Source of the DNA: an uncultured Actinomycetes bacterium
Lineage (GTDB): Bacteria; Actinomycetota; Actinomycetes; S36-B12; UBA10799
Assembly: GCA_964556255.1 (NCBI GenBank)
Contig: CAZKVQ010000008.1
Location: forward strand, 1,798-65,797
Reading direction: 5' to 3'
DNA: 64,000 nt
Positions 1 to 9,648 of this stretch are shown here, piece after piece (the stretch's first letter is position 1; each line of letters begins with the position of its first letter). A program made the position numbers and the translations under genes. The notes under the pieces were generated by a model. That model was not told where the DNA came from. It searched no databases and saw only the letters and a program-made list of their open reading frames with translations.

Positions 1-1
1 G

Positions 2-373
2 GACCTGGCGGTCACGGTGGCGCCGGCGAAGCCGACCTTCCCTGTGGGGTCGCAGTCGACCTTCGTCATGCGGGTGGCGAACAAGGGTCAGGCGCCCTGT
101 ACCCGCGACGTCGGACCCAAGAACACCAGTTTCACGGTGACTTCGGGCGGGTATCGGGTGTGGTCGAGCGATGACTGCAGCCCTGGCGGGGAATCGAAGG
201 TGGAGACCATCCCACCGGGCCAGGCCTACGGGGTTCAGGCCACCTGGAACCAGGAGATCTCACTGGAGGGGTGCCCGAGTGGCCAGCCGGCAGCGAAGGC
301 GGGCAGCTACTCAGTGACGGCCGCCAGCGGCTCGGTCACGAGTCCCGAGGCGCCGTTTCAGCTGACGGACTGA
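2..373 (+). CDS. C-terminal part of a secreted/envelope protein of unknown function (gene starts upstream of the window)
   Basis: The frame is open from the window edge (nt 2) through the GTG at 17 to the TGA at 371-373. Third codon positions are GC-rich. The sequence is Thr/Ser/Gly-rich with 4 Cys. No family recognised. Confidence 0.45.
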   Translation, partial: DLAVTVAPAKPTFPVGSQSTFVMRVANKGQAPCTRDVGPKNTSFTVTSGGYRVWSSDDCSPGGESKVETIPPGQAYGVQATWNQEISLEGCPSGQPAAKAGSYSVTAASGSVTSPEAPFQLTD

Positions 374-436
374 GTGCCCCGCCGGTGGACCGGCCGTCCC
401 GTTGCCTCCGGACCGGCGACACGGTCTGGGTTCCGG

Positions 437-1819
437 TCACCGTGACCCGACCGCGGTTATCGCGTGCGAGAGGCTGGCAACCTCGAGCAGGGTGCCGCCG
501 GCTGCTCGGCCGTTCAACCGAGTGCTGGTGCCGGCCGGCACGATCAGGCGTCGGTACCCCAGTCTGATCGCCTCGGCCACCCGTTCGGACATCATCGGCA
601 CCTGGCGGACGTCACCGGAGAGGGTCACCTCACCGATGGCGGCCAGATCCAGTGGCAGCGCGCTGTGGGCGCCGGCGGAGACAAGCGCCAGACAGACCGC
701 CAGATCCGAGGCCGGGTCCGAGATCCGCATTCCACCGAGGGTGGCCAGGAAGACGTCCTGGCCGTGCAATGTGATCGGGGCCACCGATTCGGTGACGGCG
801 ATGAGCATGGCGCTGCGCGCCGAGTCCAGCCCTGACACCCCTCTACGTGGGTTGGGATTGGTGGCGCCGACGAGGGACTGCACCTCGGCGATGAGTGCCC
901 GATGACCCTCCACCGTCACCGTCGCGCAGGTACCCTCCACCGGGGTCTCGCGGGCACCTCGGAAGAGCACACTGGGATCAATGACCTCCTTCATCCCGGC
1001 GTCGGTCTGTTCGAAGGCGGCCACCTCCAGAGAACCGAAGCGATTCTTGACAGCCCGTAGCAGCCGCAGGCTGGTGTGTTTGTCGCCGTCCAGCGAGAGG
1101 GTGGCATCGACGATATGTTCCAGCGCCCTCGGGCCTGCCACGTTGGAATCCTTGGTCACCTGACCGATGAGGATCATCGGGATGCCCCGGGACTTCGCGA
1201 TCCTCGTCAGGACCTGGGCTACTTCCATCACCTGGGTCACACCGCCAGCACGACCGTCGACCTCGGCGGAGGAGAGTGTCTGAACCGAGTCGATGATGAC
1301 CAGCCCCAACTCATCGGCCTGGGCCTCGATATGGCCGATGACAGTTGAAAGGTCGGTGTCGTCGGCGAGCAACAGGTACTCGCTGTCGGCGCCGATGCGT
1401 TTCGCCCGAACCGCGATCTGGGCCACAGACTCCTCGCCGGATATGTAGAGGACGGTGGTGCGTGTTCGGGCGGCGAGGGAGTCCGCGACAGCGAGTACCA
1501 GGGTGCTCTTGCCCGAGCCTGGTGGTCCGCTACACAGCACTACCTGTCCGGGAACCAGCCCACCTCCCAGCACCCGGTCGAACTCCCCGATGCCCGAAGT
1601 GACCCGCACGACCGGGCCGTTGCTCATGATCTGCGACACCGGCAGGGCCGCCTTCGCCGGTGTCCGACCGGTCGCCGAAGCCCGTTGACCGGGAGCCGGG
1701 CCGGTGGGGGCCTGTTCGGAGATCGTGCCGAACTCACCGCACTTGACGCAGCGGCCGGTCCACTTCACCGAGACTGCGTCGCACGCAGCACACCGGAACG
1801 TTGTGGTCGATTTCGCCAC
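437..1819 (-). CDS. radA: DNA repair protein RadA/Sms
   Basis: N-terminal Zn-ribbon (CAAC...CVKC), Walker A GPPGSGKST, KNRFG motif and a Lon-protease-like C-terminal domain. Start placed at GTG 1819 (VAKSTTTFRC...), which has GGGAGG 4 nt upstream. The ORF-track start at 1852 is the alternative. Confidence 0.93.
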   Translation of the reverse strand: MAKSTTTFRCAACDAVSVKWTGRCVKCGEFGTISEQAPTGPAPGQRASATGRTPAKAALPVSQIMSNGPVVRVTSGIGEFDRVLGGGLVPGQVVLCSGPPGSGKSTLVLAVADSLAARTRTTVLYISGEESVAQIAVRAKRIGADSEYLLLADDTDLSTVIGHIEAQADELGLVIIDSVQTLSSAEVDGRAGGVTQVMEVAQVLTRIAKSRGIPMILIGQVTKDSNVAGPRALEHIVDATLSLDGDKHTSLRLLRAVKNRFGSLEVAAFEQTDAGMKEVIDPSVLFRGARETPVEGTCATVTVEGHRALIAEVQSLVGATNPNPRRGVSGLDSARSAMLIAVTESVAPITLHGQDVFLATLGGMRISDPASDLAVCLALVSAGAHSALPLDLAAIGEVTLSGDVRQVPMMSERVAEAIRLGYRRLIVPAGTSTRLNGRAAGGTLLEVASLSHAITAVGSR

Positions 1820-1930
1820 GCTGCCTCCCCGACTGGTCGTTGGTGGGGCCACCGCCCCGAGATTCGGCTCGGGGAGTCGGTCGGACCCGGCCGACCCCCA
1901 CGTGTGCGACGTTAACGCCAGGGTCCGACA

Positions 1931-2656
1931 TCAACCAGCGGGATGGGGTAGCACCCCTGGGCGCTCCCGCAGCAGTCGCACGAGTTCGTGGTAGCCGGCG
2001 TGGCCCATCAGTTCCACCAGGGCTGCCCTCTCGGTGACGTAGACCGGATCGGGTGACACGTGAGCCTCCGTCGCCCCAGAGCAGTACCAGTCCAGGTCGT
2101 GTCCGCCGGGGCCCCACCCACGCCGGTCGTACTCGCCGATCACGACGACATCGGCGGAGGTGCCGTCCGCCCACTCCTTGGTGTCGAACTCCCGTCGGAT
2201 CGGCAGCTGCCAGCACACGTCGGGTTTCACCGATTCCGGGTCGACGCCTTGACGCAGCGCCATCAGGTGCAGTGCGCAGCCCTCGCCACCGGCGAAACCG
2301 GGTCGGTTCAAGAAGATGCAGGCACCCTTGTACGTCCTGGTCTGACGCTGGCCTTCCTCGTCACGCATCATGATGCCGTCGGAGCGCCCGACCTTGCGGA
2401 ACTGCCAGACGTCGTCTGTGAGCTGTTTGGCGGCCGCCTTCACCCGACGGCGGTCGTCCTTGTCCGAGAAATGCGCGCCCAGGGTGCAGCAGCCGAAATC
2501 GGGTGCGCTGGCAAGTATCCCTTTGCAGCCACGTCCGAAGATGCACGTCCAACGCGAGGTCAACCAGGTGGCATCACAGCGGAAGATCCGGGTGTCGTCT
2601 TCGGGGTCGACGAACTCGAGCCAGGTACGGGGGAATCCGAGGTCAACTTCGGGCAC
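1931..2656 (-). CDS. Conserved Cys-rich protein of unknown function (possible metal/Fe-S binding)
   Basis: 241-aa ORF with a GTG start and good GC3. Nine Cys occur in local clusters ([46 protein letters not shown]). I cannot name the family with confidence. Confidence 0.6.
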   Translation of the reverse strand: MPEVDLGFPRTWLEFVDPEDDTRIFRCDATWLTSRWTCIFGRGCKGILASAPDFGCCTLGAHFSDKDDRRRVKAAAKQLTDDVWQFRKVGRSDGIMMRDEEGQRQTRTYKGACIFLNRPGFAGGEGCALHLMALRQGVDPESVKPDVCWQLPIRREFDTKEWADGTSADVVVIGEYDRRGWGPGGHDLDWYCSGATEAHVSPDPVYVTERAALVELMGHAGYHELVRLLRERPGVLPHPAG

Positions 2657-2697
2657 CTGGACAGCCTAGGCCCCGAACTGCGGGTAGGTTTACCCCC

Positions 2698-3624
2698 GTG
2701 CGTCTTGGAGTTCTGGATGTCGGATCCAACACCGTCCACCTGCTGCTGGTGGACGCGCACCACGGGCGCGCCCCGGTTCCTGCCTACTCCCACAAAACCG
2801 AGTTGAAACTCGCCGAGAACCTCACCGATGACGGTCGCGTGTCCGATCGTGCAATCGATCTGCTGACGGGCTTCGTGCAGGAGTCGCTGGAGATAGCCGA
2901 GGATCTGGGCGTCAACGAGGTGATGGGATTCGCGACTTCGGCCATCCGCGATGCTCCGAACGGCGACGATGTCATCCTCGAAGTGAAGCGGCGCAGCGGA
3001 GTCAACCTGCAACTGCTGTCAGGCGAGGACGAGGCGCGGCTGACATTCCTCGCAGTGCGCCGTTGGTTCGGATGGAGCGCCGGAAGGCTGCTCGTGTTGG
3101 ACATCGGTGGGGGTTCGCTCGAACTTGCCGCCGGCCTTGACGAGGAGCCCGACGAGGCGGTGTCGTTGCCGCTCGGCGCAGGTCGGCTCACCCGGGACAT
3201 GCTCAGTGGAGACCCGCCGGATGCGAAGGAGCTCAAGGCCCTACGCAAGTACGTACGCGCCCAGATAGCCGACATCGTCGGTCCGATAACGCGGTTGGGG
3301 GAGCCGGAGCTGGCGGTCGCGACATCGAAGACGTTCCGGCAAATCGCCCGCATCACCGGCGCGGCGCCGTCGGCGGAAGGTCCGTTCGTTCGTCGGGTCA
3401 TCGACCGGGACGACCTCGGGGACTGGCTGCCGAGGCTGGCCGCAATGTCCACCAGCAAGCGGGCCGAGCTTCCTGGCGTATCCGCGGGGCGTGCCGCCCA
3501 GCTGGTGGCGGGTGCGCTGGTGACCGAGGCGGCGATGGACCTCTTCGGCCTCAGCGAACTCGTGCTCTGCCCTTGGGCCCTTCGCGAGGGGGTCATTCTG
3601 CGACAACTGGACGGGTTGGACTGA
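2698..3624 (+). CDS. ppx: Ppx/GppA-family phosphatase (exopolyphosphatase-like)
   Basis: Carries the ASKHA-fold motifs [17 protein letters not shown] and LDIGGGSLE. Start moved to GTG 2698, because the track ORF from 2503 has an Arg-rich, non-coding-looking N-terminus that overlaps the divergent gene. Confidence 0.85.
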   Translation: MRLGVLDVGSNTVHLLLVDAHHGRAPVPAYSHKTELKLAENLTDDGRVSDRAIDLLTGFVQESLEIAEDLGVNEVMGFATSAIRDAPNGDDVILEVKRRSGVNLQLLSGEDEARLTFLAVRRWFGWSAGRLLVLDIGGGSLELAAGLDEEPDEAVSLPLGAGRLTRDMLSGDPPDAKELKALRKYVRAQIADIVGPITRLGEPELAVATSKTFRQIARITGAAPSAEGPFVRRVIDRDDLGDWLPRLAAMSTSKRAELPGVSAGRAAQLVAGALVTEAAMDLFGLSELVLCPWALREGVILRQLDGLD

Positions 3625-6152
3625 TGTCCTCCCAGGGGGCGGAACCCCGGCAGGGCACCGACGAGCCGGCCCCAGCCGTCAGCGTCGACGTCCAGCCGGT
3701 GGGATTGACCACGGCCGAAGTGGCGGAGCGGGTGGCCCGCGGGGAGACCAACGACGCCCCCGACCCCCGGAGTCGAAGCCTCGCAAGCATCATCCGTGAG
3801 AACACCCTCACCTCCTTCAACCTGGTGATCGGGATCCTGTGGGTCCTGATGATCGTCGCTCAAGCGCCGATCCAGGACTCGCTCTTCGGCCTGGTCATCG
3901 TCTTCAACTCGGCGATCGGCATCGTCCAGGAATGGCGCGCCAAGCGGACCCTCGAGCGGCTGTCGTTGGTGGGTGAGGCGAAACCGCTGGTCTATCGGGA
4001 CGGGCAGGTCGTCGAAGTGCGCCCGAGCGAGATCGTGCTGGGTGACGTGCTGGAACTGCAGCTGGGCGACCAGATCGTGGTGGACGGCCCGGTGCTGAAC
4101 GCGGTCGGGCTGGAGGCCGACGAATCCTTGCTCACCGGAGAGGCCGATCCGGTGCACAAGCAGCCCGGCGACGAGGTGCTCAGCGGCTCCTTCGTCGTGG
4201 CCGGCGGTGGCACCATGCGCGCGGACAAGGTGGGCACCGAGGCGTACGCGACCAAGCTCGCGGCGGAGGCGCGCAAGTTCTCGACCACGAAGAGCGAACT
4301 CATGGAAGCCATCATGAGGTTCGTCCGGATCATGACCTATGTGCTGATTCCGCTGGGCACCCTGCTGTTCATCAGCCAACTGCGGGCGAGCCCTGACTGG
4401 CAGCAGGCGTTGAGCGGAACCGTGGCAGGAGTCGTGACCATGGTGCCCGAGGGACTCGTCCTGCTGACCAGCGTGGCGATGGCTGTCTCTGTCGTCCGAC
4501 TCGGTCAGAAGCGCACGCTGGTGCAGGAGATGCCGGCCGTGGAGGGCCTTGCTCGGGTGGACGTCGTCTGCGTGGACAAGACCGGGACCCTGACCGAACC
4601 GGGCATGGCGGTGCAGGAGCTGCGAACCCTGGTCGAGGGACTCGAGGTGGAAGCGGCCCTGGGGGCCCTGGGCGACTCCGAGGAGAACCCGAACCCGACC
4701 TTGGCGGCGGTCGCCGCTGCCTACCCCGACCCGGGTTGGCGGTTGACTGCTTCGGTGCCGTTCTCGAGCGCGCGCAAATGGTCGGGCGCTACCTTCGCCG
4801 ACCACGGTTCCTGGGTGATGGGCGCGCCGGAGATGCTCACCGCCGACAGCGATCCCAGCCGTGCAGTGGCCGACGAGATGGCGGCGGGAGGGGCGCGGGT
4901 GCTTCTGGTCGGACGGGTGCTGGACGGTGAGCCGGACGCGGATCGAGGAGCCGGCGAGGTGCAACCCGTCGCGCTCGTCGCGATCAATCAGCAGTTGCGC
5001 CCGGACGCCGCCGACACTGTGGCCTACTTCCTCGACCAGGGGGTGACCGTCAAGGTCATCAGCGGGGACAATGCCGTCACTGTGGGGGCGATCGCCGAGC
5101 AGGCGGGGATCCCGCTGGCCGATGACCCGTTCGACGCCCGACACCTGCCCGAGGACACCGCCGAACTAGCGGAGGTGCTGGAGACCCACGGTGTGTTCGG
5201 CCGGGTGACGCCCGCGCAGAAGCGAGCGATGGTGAAGGCCCTGCAGTCGCGTGGCCATACCGTGGCGATGACCGGCGACGGGGTCAACGACGTGCTGGCG
5301 CTCAAGGATGCCGACCTCGGCATCGCGATGGGGTCCGGCGCCTCGGCCACCCGGGCTGTCGCGCAGATCGTCTTGTTGGACAACCAGTTCTCGGTGATGC
5401 CGTCCGTGGTCGCGGAGGGCAGGCGGGTGCTGGGGAACATCGAACGCGTGTCGTCGCTGTTCCTGACCAAGAGCTTCTATTCGGCGGTGCTCTCCCTGCT
5501 GGTGGTCTTCTTCACGCTGACGAATCTGTTCGAGGTCGAGTTCGTGTTCCTACCCCGACATCTCACCGTCATCACCTGGCTCACCATCGGCACCCCCGCC
5601 TTCTTCCTCGCCCTGATGCCCAACACCGCCCGGTTCCGGCCCGGCTTCTTCCGAAGGGTGTTGGTGTTCGCGGTGCCCGCGGGCATCATCTGCGGGGTGC
5701 TGTCGTTCATCTCCTATGCAGTCACGCTGTGGCAGGGTCATCCCGTTCCCACCGCCCGGGTGGACGCGGCGATCACGCTGTTCATCATCGGGTGGTCGGC
5801 GCTGGCGCTGATCGCACGTCCCCTCACCGGACTGCGGTTGCTCATCGTCGTGGTGATGGGCCTGGGGTTCCTGGCGGTACTGTTCATCCCCGGTCTGAAC
5901 GACTTCTTCGCCCTGCGCCTGGATCGCGATGCCAAGACCTCTATCGCCATCGGGCTGGGCATCCTGGGCGCCGGACTCCTGGTGCTGGTCGGTCGCACCA
6001 TCGAAGTCCGGCTCTCGCCGAGTCTGGGGCAGCCCGGAGCGCCGATGGCCCCCATGCACCTGCCACATCGGCACGACGCGGCCGCCGCTCAGCAGCAAGC
6101 AGATGTGGCCACCGATGCCTCCGCCGCCACCGGGAAGGCCAAGGCCACTTAG
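3624..6152 (+). CDS. Cation-translocating P-type ATPase (HAD-IC, type II-like)
   Basis: DKTGTLT phosphorylation motif, PEGL in TM4, hinge TGDGVNDVLALKDADLGIAMG and multiple TM helices. The ATG at 3624 overlaps the ppx stop codon (TGATG). Confidence 0.9.
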   Translation: MSSQGAEPRQGTDEPAPAVSVDVQPVGLTTAEVAERVARGETNDAPDPRSRSLASIIRENTLTSFNLVIGILWVLMIVAQAPIQDSLFGLVIVFNSAIGIVQEWRAKRTLERLSLVGEAKPLVYRDGQVVEVRPSEIVLGDVLELQLGDQIVVDGPVLNAVGLEADESLLTGEADPVHKQPGDEVLSGSFVVAGGGTMRADKVGTEAYATKLAAEARKFSTTKSELMEAIMRFVRIMTYVLIPLGTLLFISQLRASPDWQQALSGTVAGVVTMVPEGLVLLTSVAMAVSVVRLGQKRTLVQEMPAVEGLARVDVVCVDKTGTLTEPGMAVQELRTLVEGLEVEAALGALGDSEENPNPTLAAVAAAYPDPGWRLTASVPFSSARKWSGATFADHGSWVMGAPEMLTADSDPSRAVADEMAAGGARVLLVGRVLDGEPDADRGAGEVQPVALVAINQQLRPDAADTVAYFLDQGVTVKVISGDNAVTVGAIAEQAGIPLADDPFDARHLPEDTAELAEVLETHGVFGRVTPAQKRAMVKALQSRGHTVAMTGDGVNDVLALKDADLGIAMGSGASATRAVAQIVLLDNQFSVMPSVVAEGRRVLGNIERVSSLFLTKSFYSAVLSLLVVFFTLTNLFEVEFVFLPRHLTVITWLTIGTPAFFLALMPNTARFRPGFFRRVLVFAVPAGIICGVLSFISYAVTLWQGHPVPTARVDAAITLFIIGWSALALIARPLTGLRLLIVVVMGLGFLAVLFIPGLNDFFALRLDRDAKTSIAIGLGILGAGLLVLVGRTIEVRLSPSLGQPGAPMAPMHLPHRHDAAAAQQQADVATDASAATGKAKAT

Positions 6153-6162
6153 GCTGTAGCCC

Positions 6163-7011
6163 ATGACAGTCGAACCGTCGCCGGTGGTGCGCTCCGCGCA
6201 GGCCAAGGTCGCGCTGTCCACCGTCTCGGTGTACCCCGAGGGGGTCGCTGCGGCGTTTGAGATCGCCGGTCGGCTCGGCTACGACGGGGTCGAGATCATG
6301 GTGATGACCGATCCGGTGAGCCAGGACCCCGATGAGTTGCGCAGGCTGTCAGAGCACTACAGCGTGCCGATCCTGGCGGTCCACGCCCCATGCCTACTGG
6401 TCACCCAACGCGTGTGGAGTACCGACCCGTGGCACAAGCTGGAGCGGGCGAAGGAAGCGGCCGACACGCTAGGCGCGGACACTGTGGTGGTGCATCCACC
6501 GTTTCGCTGGCAGCGGGACTACGCCCGGGACTTCGTCCGCGGACTTGCCCGGATGGGCGACGTCACGGATGTTCGGTTCGCGGTGGAGAACATGTACCCC
6601 TGGCGGGCGCGTTCCCGGGAACTGGCCGCCTACTCGCCGGGCTGGGATGTCCGCGACGAGGACTACCCGCACACGACGCTCGACCTCTCCCACACCGCCG
6701 TCAGTGGCTCGGACGCCCTCCGGATGGCCGATGACCTCGGGGATTCGCTGGTGCACATCCACTTGGCCGATGGTTCGGGCAGCGCCCGTGATGAACACCT
6801 GATCCCCGGTCGGGGGACCCAACCGTGCGGTGAACTGCTCGAATACATCGCCCGTCGGGAATTCAACGGCACGGTCGTTGTGGAGGTGACCACCCGTAAG
6901 GCCGCCAATCGGGCCGAGCGTGAGGCCGACCTCGCCGAGGCACTTGCCTACGCCAGGCTGCACCTGGTGGTCGCCGATCCGGCGGCCGTGTCGAGCCTCG
7001 ACCTGCCCTGA
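6163..7011 (+). CDS. Sugar phosphate isomerase/epimerase (xylose isomerase-like TIM barrel)
   Basis: 282 aa with the pattern typical of the AP endonuclease 2/xylose-isomerase-like TIM barrel family (GYDGVEI..., VVHPP..., ENM..., HLADG). Its position matches the remembered mycobacterial neighbour of ppx. Confidence 0.7.
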   Translation: MTVEPSPVVRSAQAKVALSTVSVYPEGVAAAFEIAGRLGYDGVEIMVMTDPVSQDPDELRRLSEHYSVPILAVHAPCLLVTQRVWSTDPWHKLERAKEAADTLGADTVVVHPPFRWQRDYARDFVRGLARMGDVTDVRFAVENMYPWRARSRELAAYSPGWDVRDEDYPHTTLDLSHTAVSGSDALRMADDLGDSLVHIHLADGSGSARDEHLIPGRGTQPCGELLEYIARREFNGTVVVEVTTRKAANRAEREADLAEALAYARLHLVVADPAAVSSLDLP

Positions 7012-7069
7012 GCCCCGACGACGAACCCATCCTTCGCCACCACCCCCGAAATGGGCCTAGGGTGTCCGC

Positions 7070-7843
7070 ATGGGTACCGACGACGTCAGAGAGGCCGTGC
7101 TCGATTCGGCCCGTGCTGCCTTCCATGCCAAGGGCTACCTGCGGACATCCGTGAAGGGGGTCGCCGCCGCCGCGGGTGTCGCCCCCGAGGTGGTCAGCCG
7201 CTACTGGGGGTCCAAGGACACGCTGTTCGCGGCGGCCATGAAGCTGCCGTTCGATCCCGCGACTGCGGTGCCGCAGCTTGTCGCGCCGGGCCTGGAGGGA
7301 ATGGGTGAGCGCCTGGTGCGACTCACCCTGGACACCCTGGGCGATGAGGAGAACCGGGAGGATCTCATCGCGCTGTTCCGGGCGGGAGCGTCCGGCGCCA
7401 AGGCGGCCCAGGGTCTCAAGGACTTCATGGAGCAGTCCGTGCTCGATCGGCTGGCCAGGACGATCGGGGTGCCGGACGCGCGGCTGCGAGTCGGCTTGAT
7501 CTCCAGCTACCTGGTCGGAATCGCCATCAACCGGTACGTGACGCGGTTGGAGCCGATCGCGTCGATGCCGGAGGACGACCTGGTGCGGGTCGTGTCCCCC
7601 ACCATCCAGTCGCTGCTCGACCCGTCGACCCCGCTTCCGGGTTCACCCAAGAAGTCGAGCAGAAAGGGCTCCTCCGGCAGCCGGTCCGGCTCCGGACGGT
7701 CGAGTTCGACCAGTAGGTCCAAGTCGGGATCCAGCAGGTCGCGTTCGGGCAGCGCCGCGGCCAAGACCAAGAAGCAGGCTTCCGGGTCTTCCGGCTCCGG
7801 CGGTGACGCCGACTGGCCGTTGAGTTCGTCCTCGCCTTTCTGA
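7070..7843 (+). CDS. TetR-family transcriptional regulator with a ~70-aa Ser/Arg/Gly/Lys-rich C-terminal tail
   Basis: N-terminal TetR HTH (TSVKGVAAAAGVAPEVVSRYWGSKDTLF), then a ligand-domain-sized region, then the low-complexity tail SPKKSSRKGSSGSRSGSGRSSSTSRSKSGSSRSRSG... Confidence 0.8.
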   Translation: MGTDDVREAVLDSARAAFHAKGYLRTSVKGVAAAAGVAPEVVSRYWGSKDTLFAAAMKLPFDPATAVPQLVAPGLEGMGERLVRLTLDTLGDEENREDLIALFRAGASGAKAAQGLKDFMEQSVLDRLARTIGVPDARLRVGLISSYLVGIAINRYVTRLEPIASMPEDDLVRVVSPTIQSLLDPSTPLPGSPKKSSRKGSSGSRSGSGRSSSTSRSKSGSSRSRSGSAAAKTKKQASGSSGSGGDADWPLSSSSPF

Positions 7844-7861
7844 GACGGGCGAGGACCCACG

Positions 7862-8791
7862 GTGTTACGCCAGATCCTGTTGACCGCTTCGCGCAGCGAC
7901 AACCTCAAGAAGTTGTCTGTCTCAGCGCCGGTCGCCCGCGACGTCGTCGGCCGTTTCGTGGCGGGTGAGGCGACCGGGGATGCCGTCCGTACCGTAGCCG
8001 GCCTGGCAGACACGGGGCTGCTGGCAACGGTGGACCACTTGGGGGAGGACACGACCGACCGGCATCATGCGGAGGCGGTCCGGGACGCCTACCTGGAGTT
8101 GTTGGCGGAACTGGTCCGGGCCGGACTTGCTGCCTCAGCGGAAGCCTCGGTGAAGCTCTCGGCCATCGGACAGTCGCTGCCCGGTGGCGGCCAACAGATC
8201 GCGACCGAGAACGCGCACGCCATCTGTGCCGCGGCTTCGGCCGCGGGCACCTGCGTGACCTTGGACATGGAGGATCACACCACCATCGACTCCACTCTGG
8301 AGACTCTCAGGATGCTGCGGGAGGATTTCCCCGAGACCGGCGCTGTGCTGCAGTCCTACCTGTTCCGCACCGAAGGGGACTGCCGGGACCTGGCGACTTC
8401 TGGTTCGCGGGTCCGGCTCGTGAAGGGCGCCTATGCCGAACCGGCCAGTGTTGCCTTCCAGAGCCGTGCGGAAGTCGACCTCAACTATGTCCGGTGCCTG
8501 AAAGTGTTGCTGGCAGGTGACGGCTACCCGATGGTGGCCACCCACGACCCGCGACTGATCGAGATCGCAGAGGCCCTGGCGGTTCGGGCAGGCCGATCGG
8601 CGGGGGAATACGAGTACCAGTTGCTGCTGGGAGTTCGACCCGACGAGCAGCGTCGCCTCAACGATCACGGCGAGCGGGTTCGGGTCTACGTGCCCTACGG
8701 GGCAGAGTGGTACGGGTACCTGGTCCGCCGGATGGCCGAGAAACCGGCGAATCTGGGGCTACTCCTGCGGTCGCTCACGAGTACGAAGTGA
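7862..8791 (+). CDS. Proline dehydrogenase (monofunctional PutA-like)
   Basis: 309 aa with a proline dehydrogenase family pattern, including VRLVKGAY and the C-terminal YVPYG..WYGY..RR..E motif. Confidence 0.85.
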   Translation: MLRQILLTASRSDNLKKLSVSAPVARDVVGRFVAGEATGDAVRTVAGLADTGLLATVDHLGEDTTDRHHAEAVRDAYLELLAELVRAGLAASAEASVKLSAIGQSLPGGGQQIATENAHAICAAASAAGTCVTLDMEDHTTIDSTLETLRMLREDFPETGAVLQSYLFRTEGDCRDLATSGSRVRLVKGAYAEPASVAFQSRAEVDLNYVRCLKVLLAGDGYPMVATHDPRLIEIAEALAVRAGRSAGEYEYQLLLGVRPDEQRRLNDHGERVRVYVPYGAEWYGYLVRRMAEKPANLGLLLRSLTSTK

Positions 8792-8798
8792 GACGCTG

Positions 8799-9626
8799 GT
8801 GTCCATGACCGATGGATCGAGTGGCCGGTGCGTGGCCGTGGTGGGTGCCGGCGTGATGGGGGAAGCCCTGATCGCTGGCCTGGCGCGGGGGGATCGCGAC
8901 GCCGATGAACTGCTGGTGAGCGATCAGTTCGCCAGTCGGGCCGAGGAGGTTGCGGCCAAATATCAGGCCGAGGCCGTGAGCAACGTGGTTGCTGCGACCC
9001 GGGCCCACACCATCGTGCTGGTGGTCAAGCCCCAGGACATGGCGAACGTGCTCAACGAGATCGGTCCGCACCTGCGACCGGATTCCCTGGTCGTCTCCCT
9101 GGCAGCCGGGATCACCACCAACTTCCTGGCCGACCGCCTCCCCGCGGGTCACGCCGTGGTGCGGGTCATGCCCAACACCCCCGCGCTGGTCGACGAGGGG
9201 ATGGCCGCGATTGCCCCCGGCCCCACCTGCGATGACTCGCATGCCGCGGAGGCCACCAGGCTGCTGTCCTCTGTTGGGCGGGTGGTCACCGTGCCGGAGG
9301 CCTACCTCGACGCCGTCACCGCGCTGTCCGGTTCCGGCCCGGCCTACATCTTCTACGTGGTGGAAGCGATGATCGAGGCCGGTGTGCTGCTCGGACTGCC
9401 CCGGGGAATGTCCACCGACCTGGTGGTGCAGACCCTGGTCGGCTCGGCGGCCATGCTGCGGGAAACCGGCGAGCACCCCTCGGTGCTTCGTGAGAACGTC
9501 AGTTCCCCGGCCGGCACCACCGTCGCGGCGCTTCGAGAACTCGACCGGCACATGGTGCGGGCAGCCTTCGTTTCGGCGATCGAGGCCGCCCGCGACCGGT
9601 CCGCCGAACTCGCGGGCGGAGCATGA
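8799..9626 (+). CDS. proC: Pyrroline-5-carboxylate reductase
   Basis: NADP-binding VVGAGVMGEAL, MPNTPALV, and SSPAGTTVAALRELD in the dimerisation domain. An alternative ATG start lies at 8805. Confidence 0.92.
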   Translation: MSMTDGSSGRCVAVVGAGVMGEALIAGLARGDRDADELLVSDQFASRAEEVAAKYQAEAVSNVVAATRAHTIVLVVKPQDMANVLNEIGPHLRPDSLVVSLAAGITTNFLADRLPAGHAVVRVMPNTPALVDEGMAAIAPGPTCDDSHAAEATRLLSSVGRVVTVPEAYLDAVTALSGSGPAYIFYVVEAMIEAGVLLGLPRGMSTDLVVQTLVGSAAMLRETGEHPSVLRENVSSPAGTTVAALRELDRHMVRAAFVSAIEAARDRSAELAGGA

Positions 9627-9648
9627 CTAGGCACGCCGGCGGACCTCG

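Noticed and set aside
2784-5144. 786-aa minus-strand ORF spanning ppx and the P-type ATPase
   Set aside because: It is antisense to two genes with unmistakable family motifs. Its translation is Arg/Gly/His/Pro-rich low-information sequence with no recognisable domain. This is a typical high-GC antisense open frame.
7507-8052. 181-aa minus-strand ORF opposite the TetR tail and the proline dehydrogenase start
   Set aside because: It would overlap two same-strand genes that have good starts, and its product is low-complexity acidic/Pro-rich. It is kept only as a caveat on the coding status of the TetR tail.
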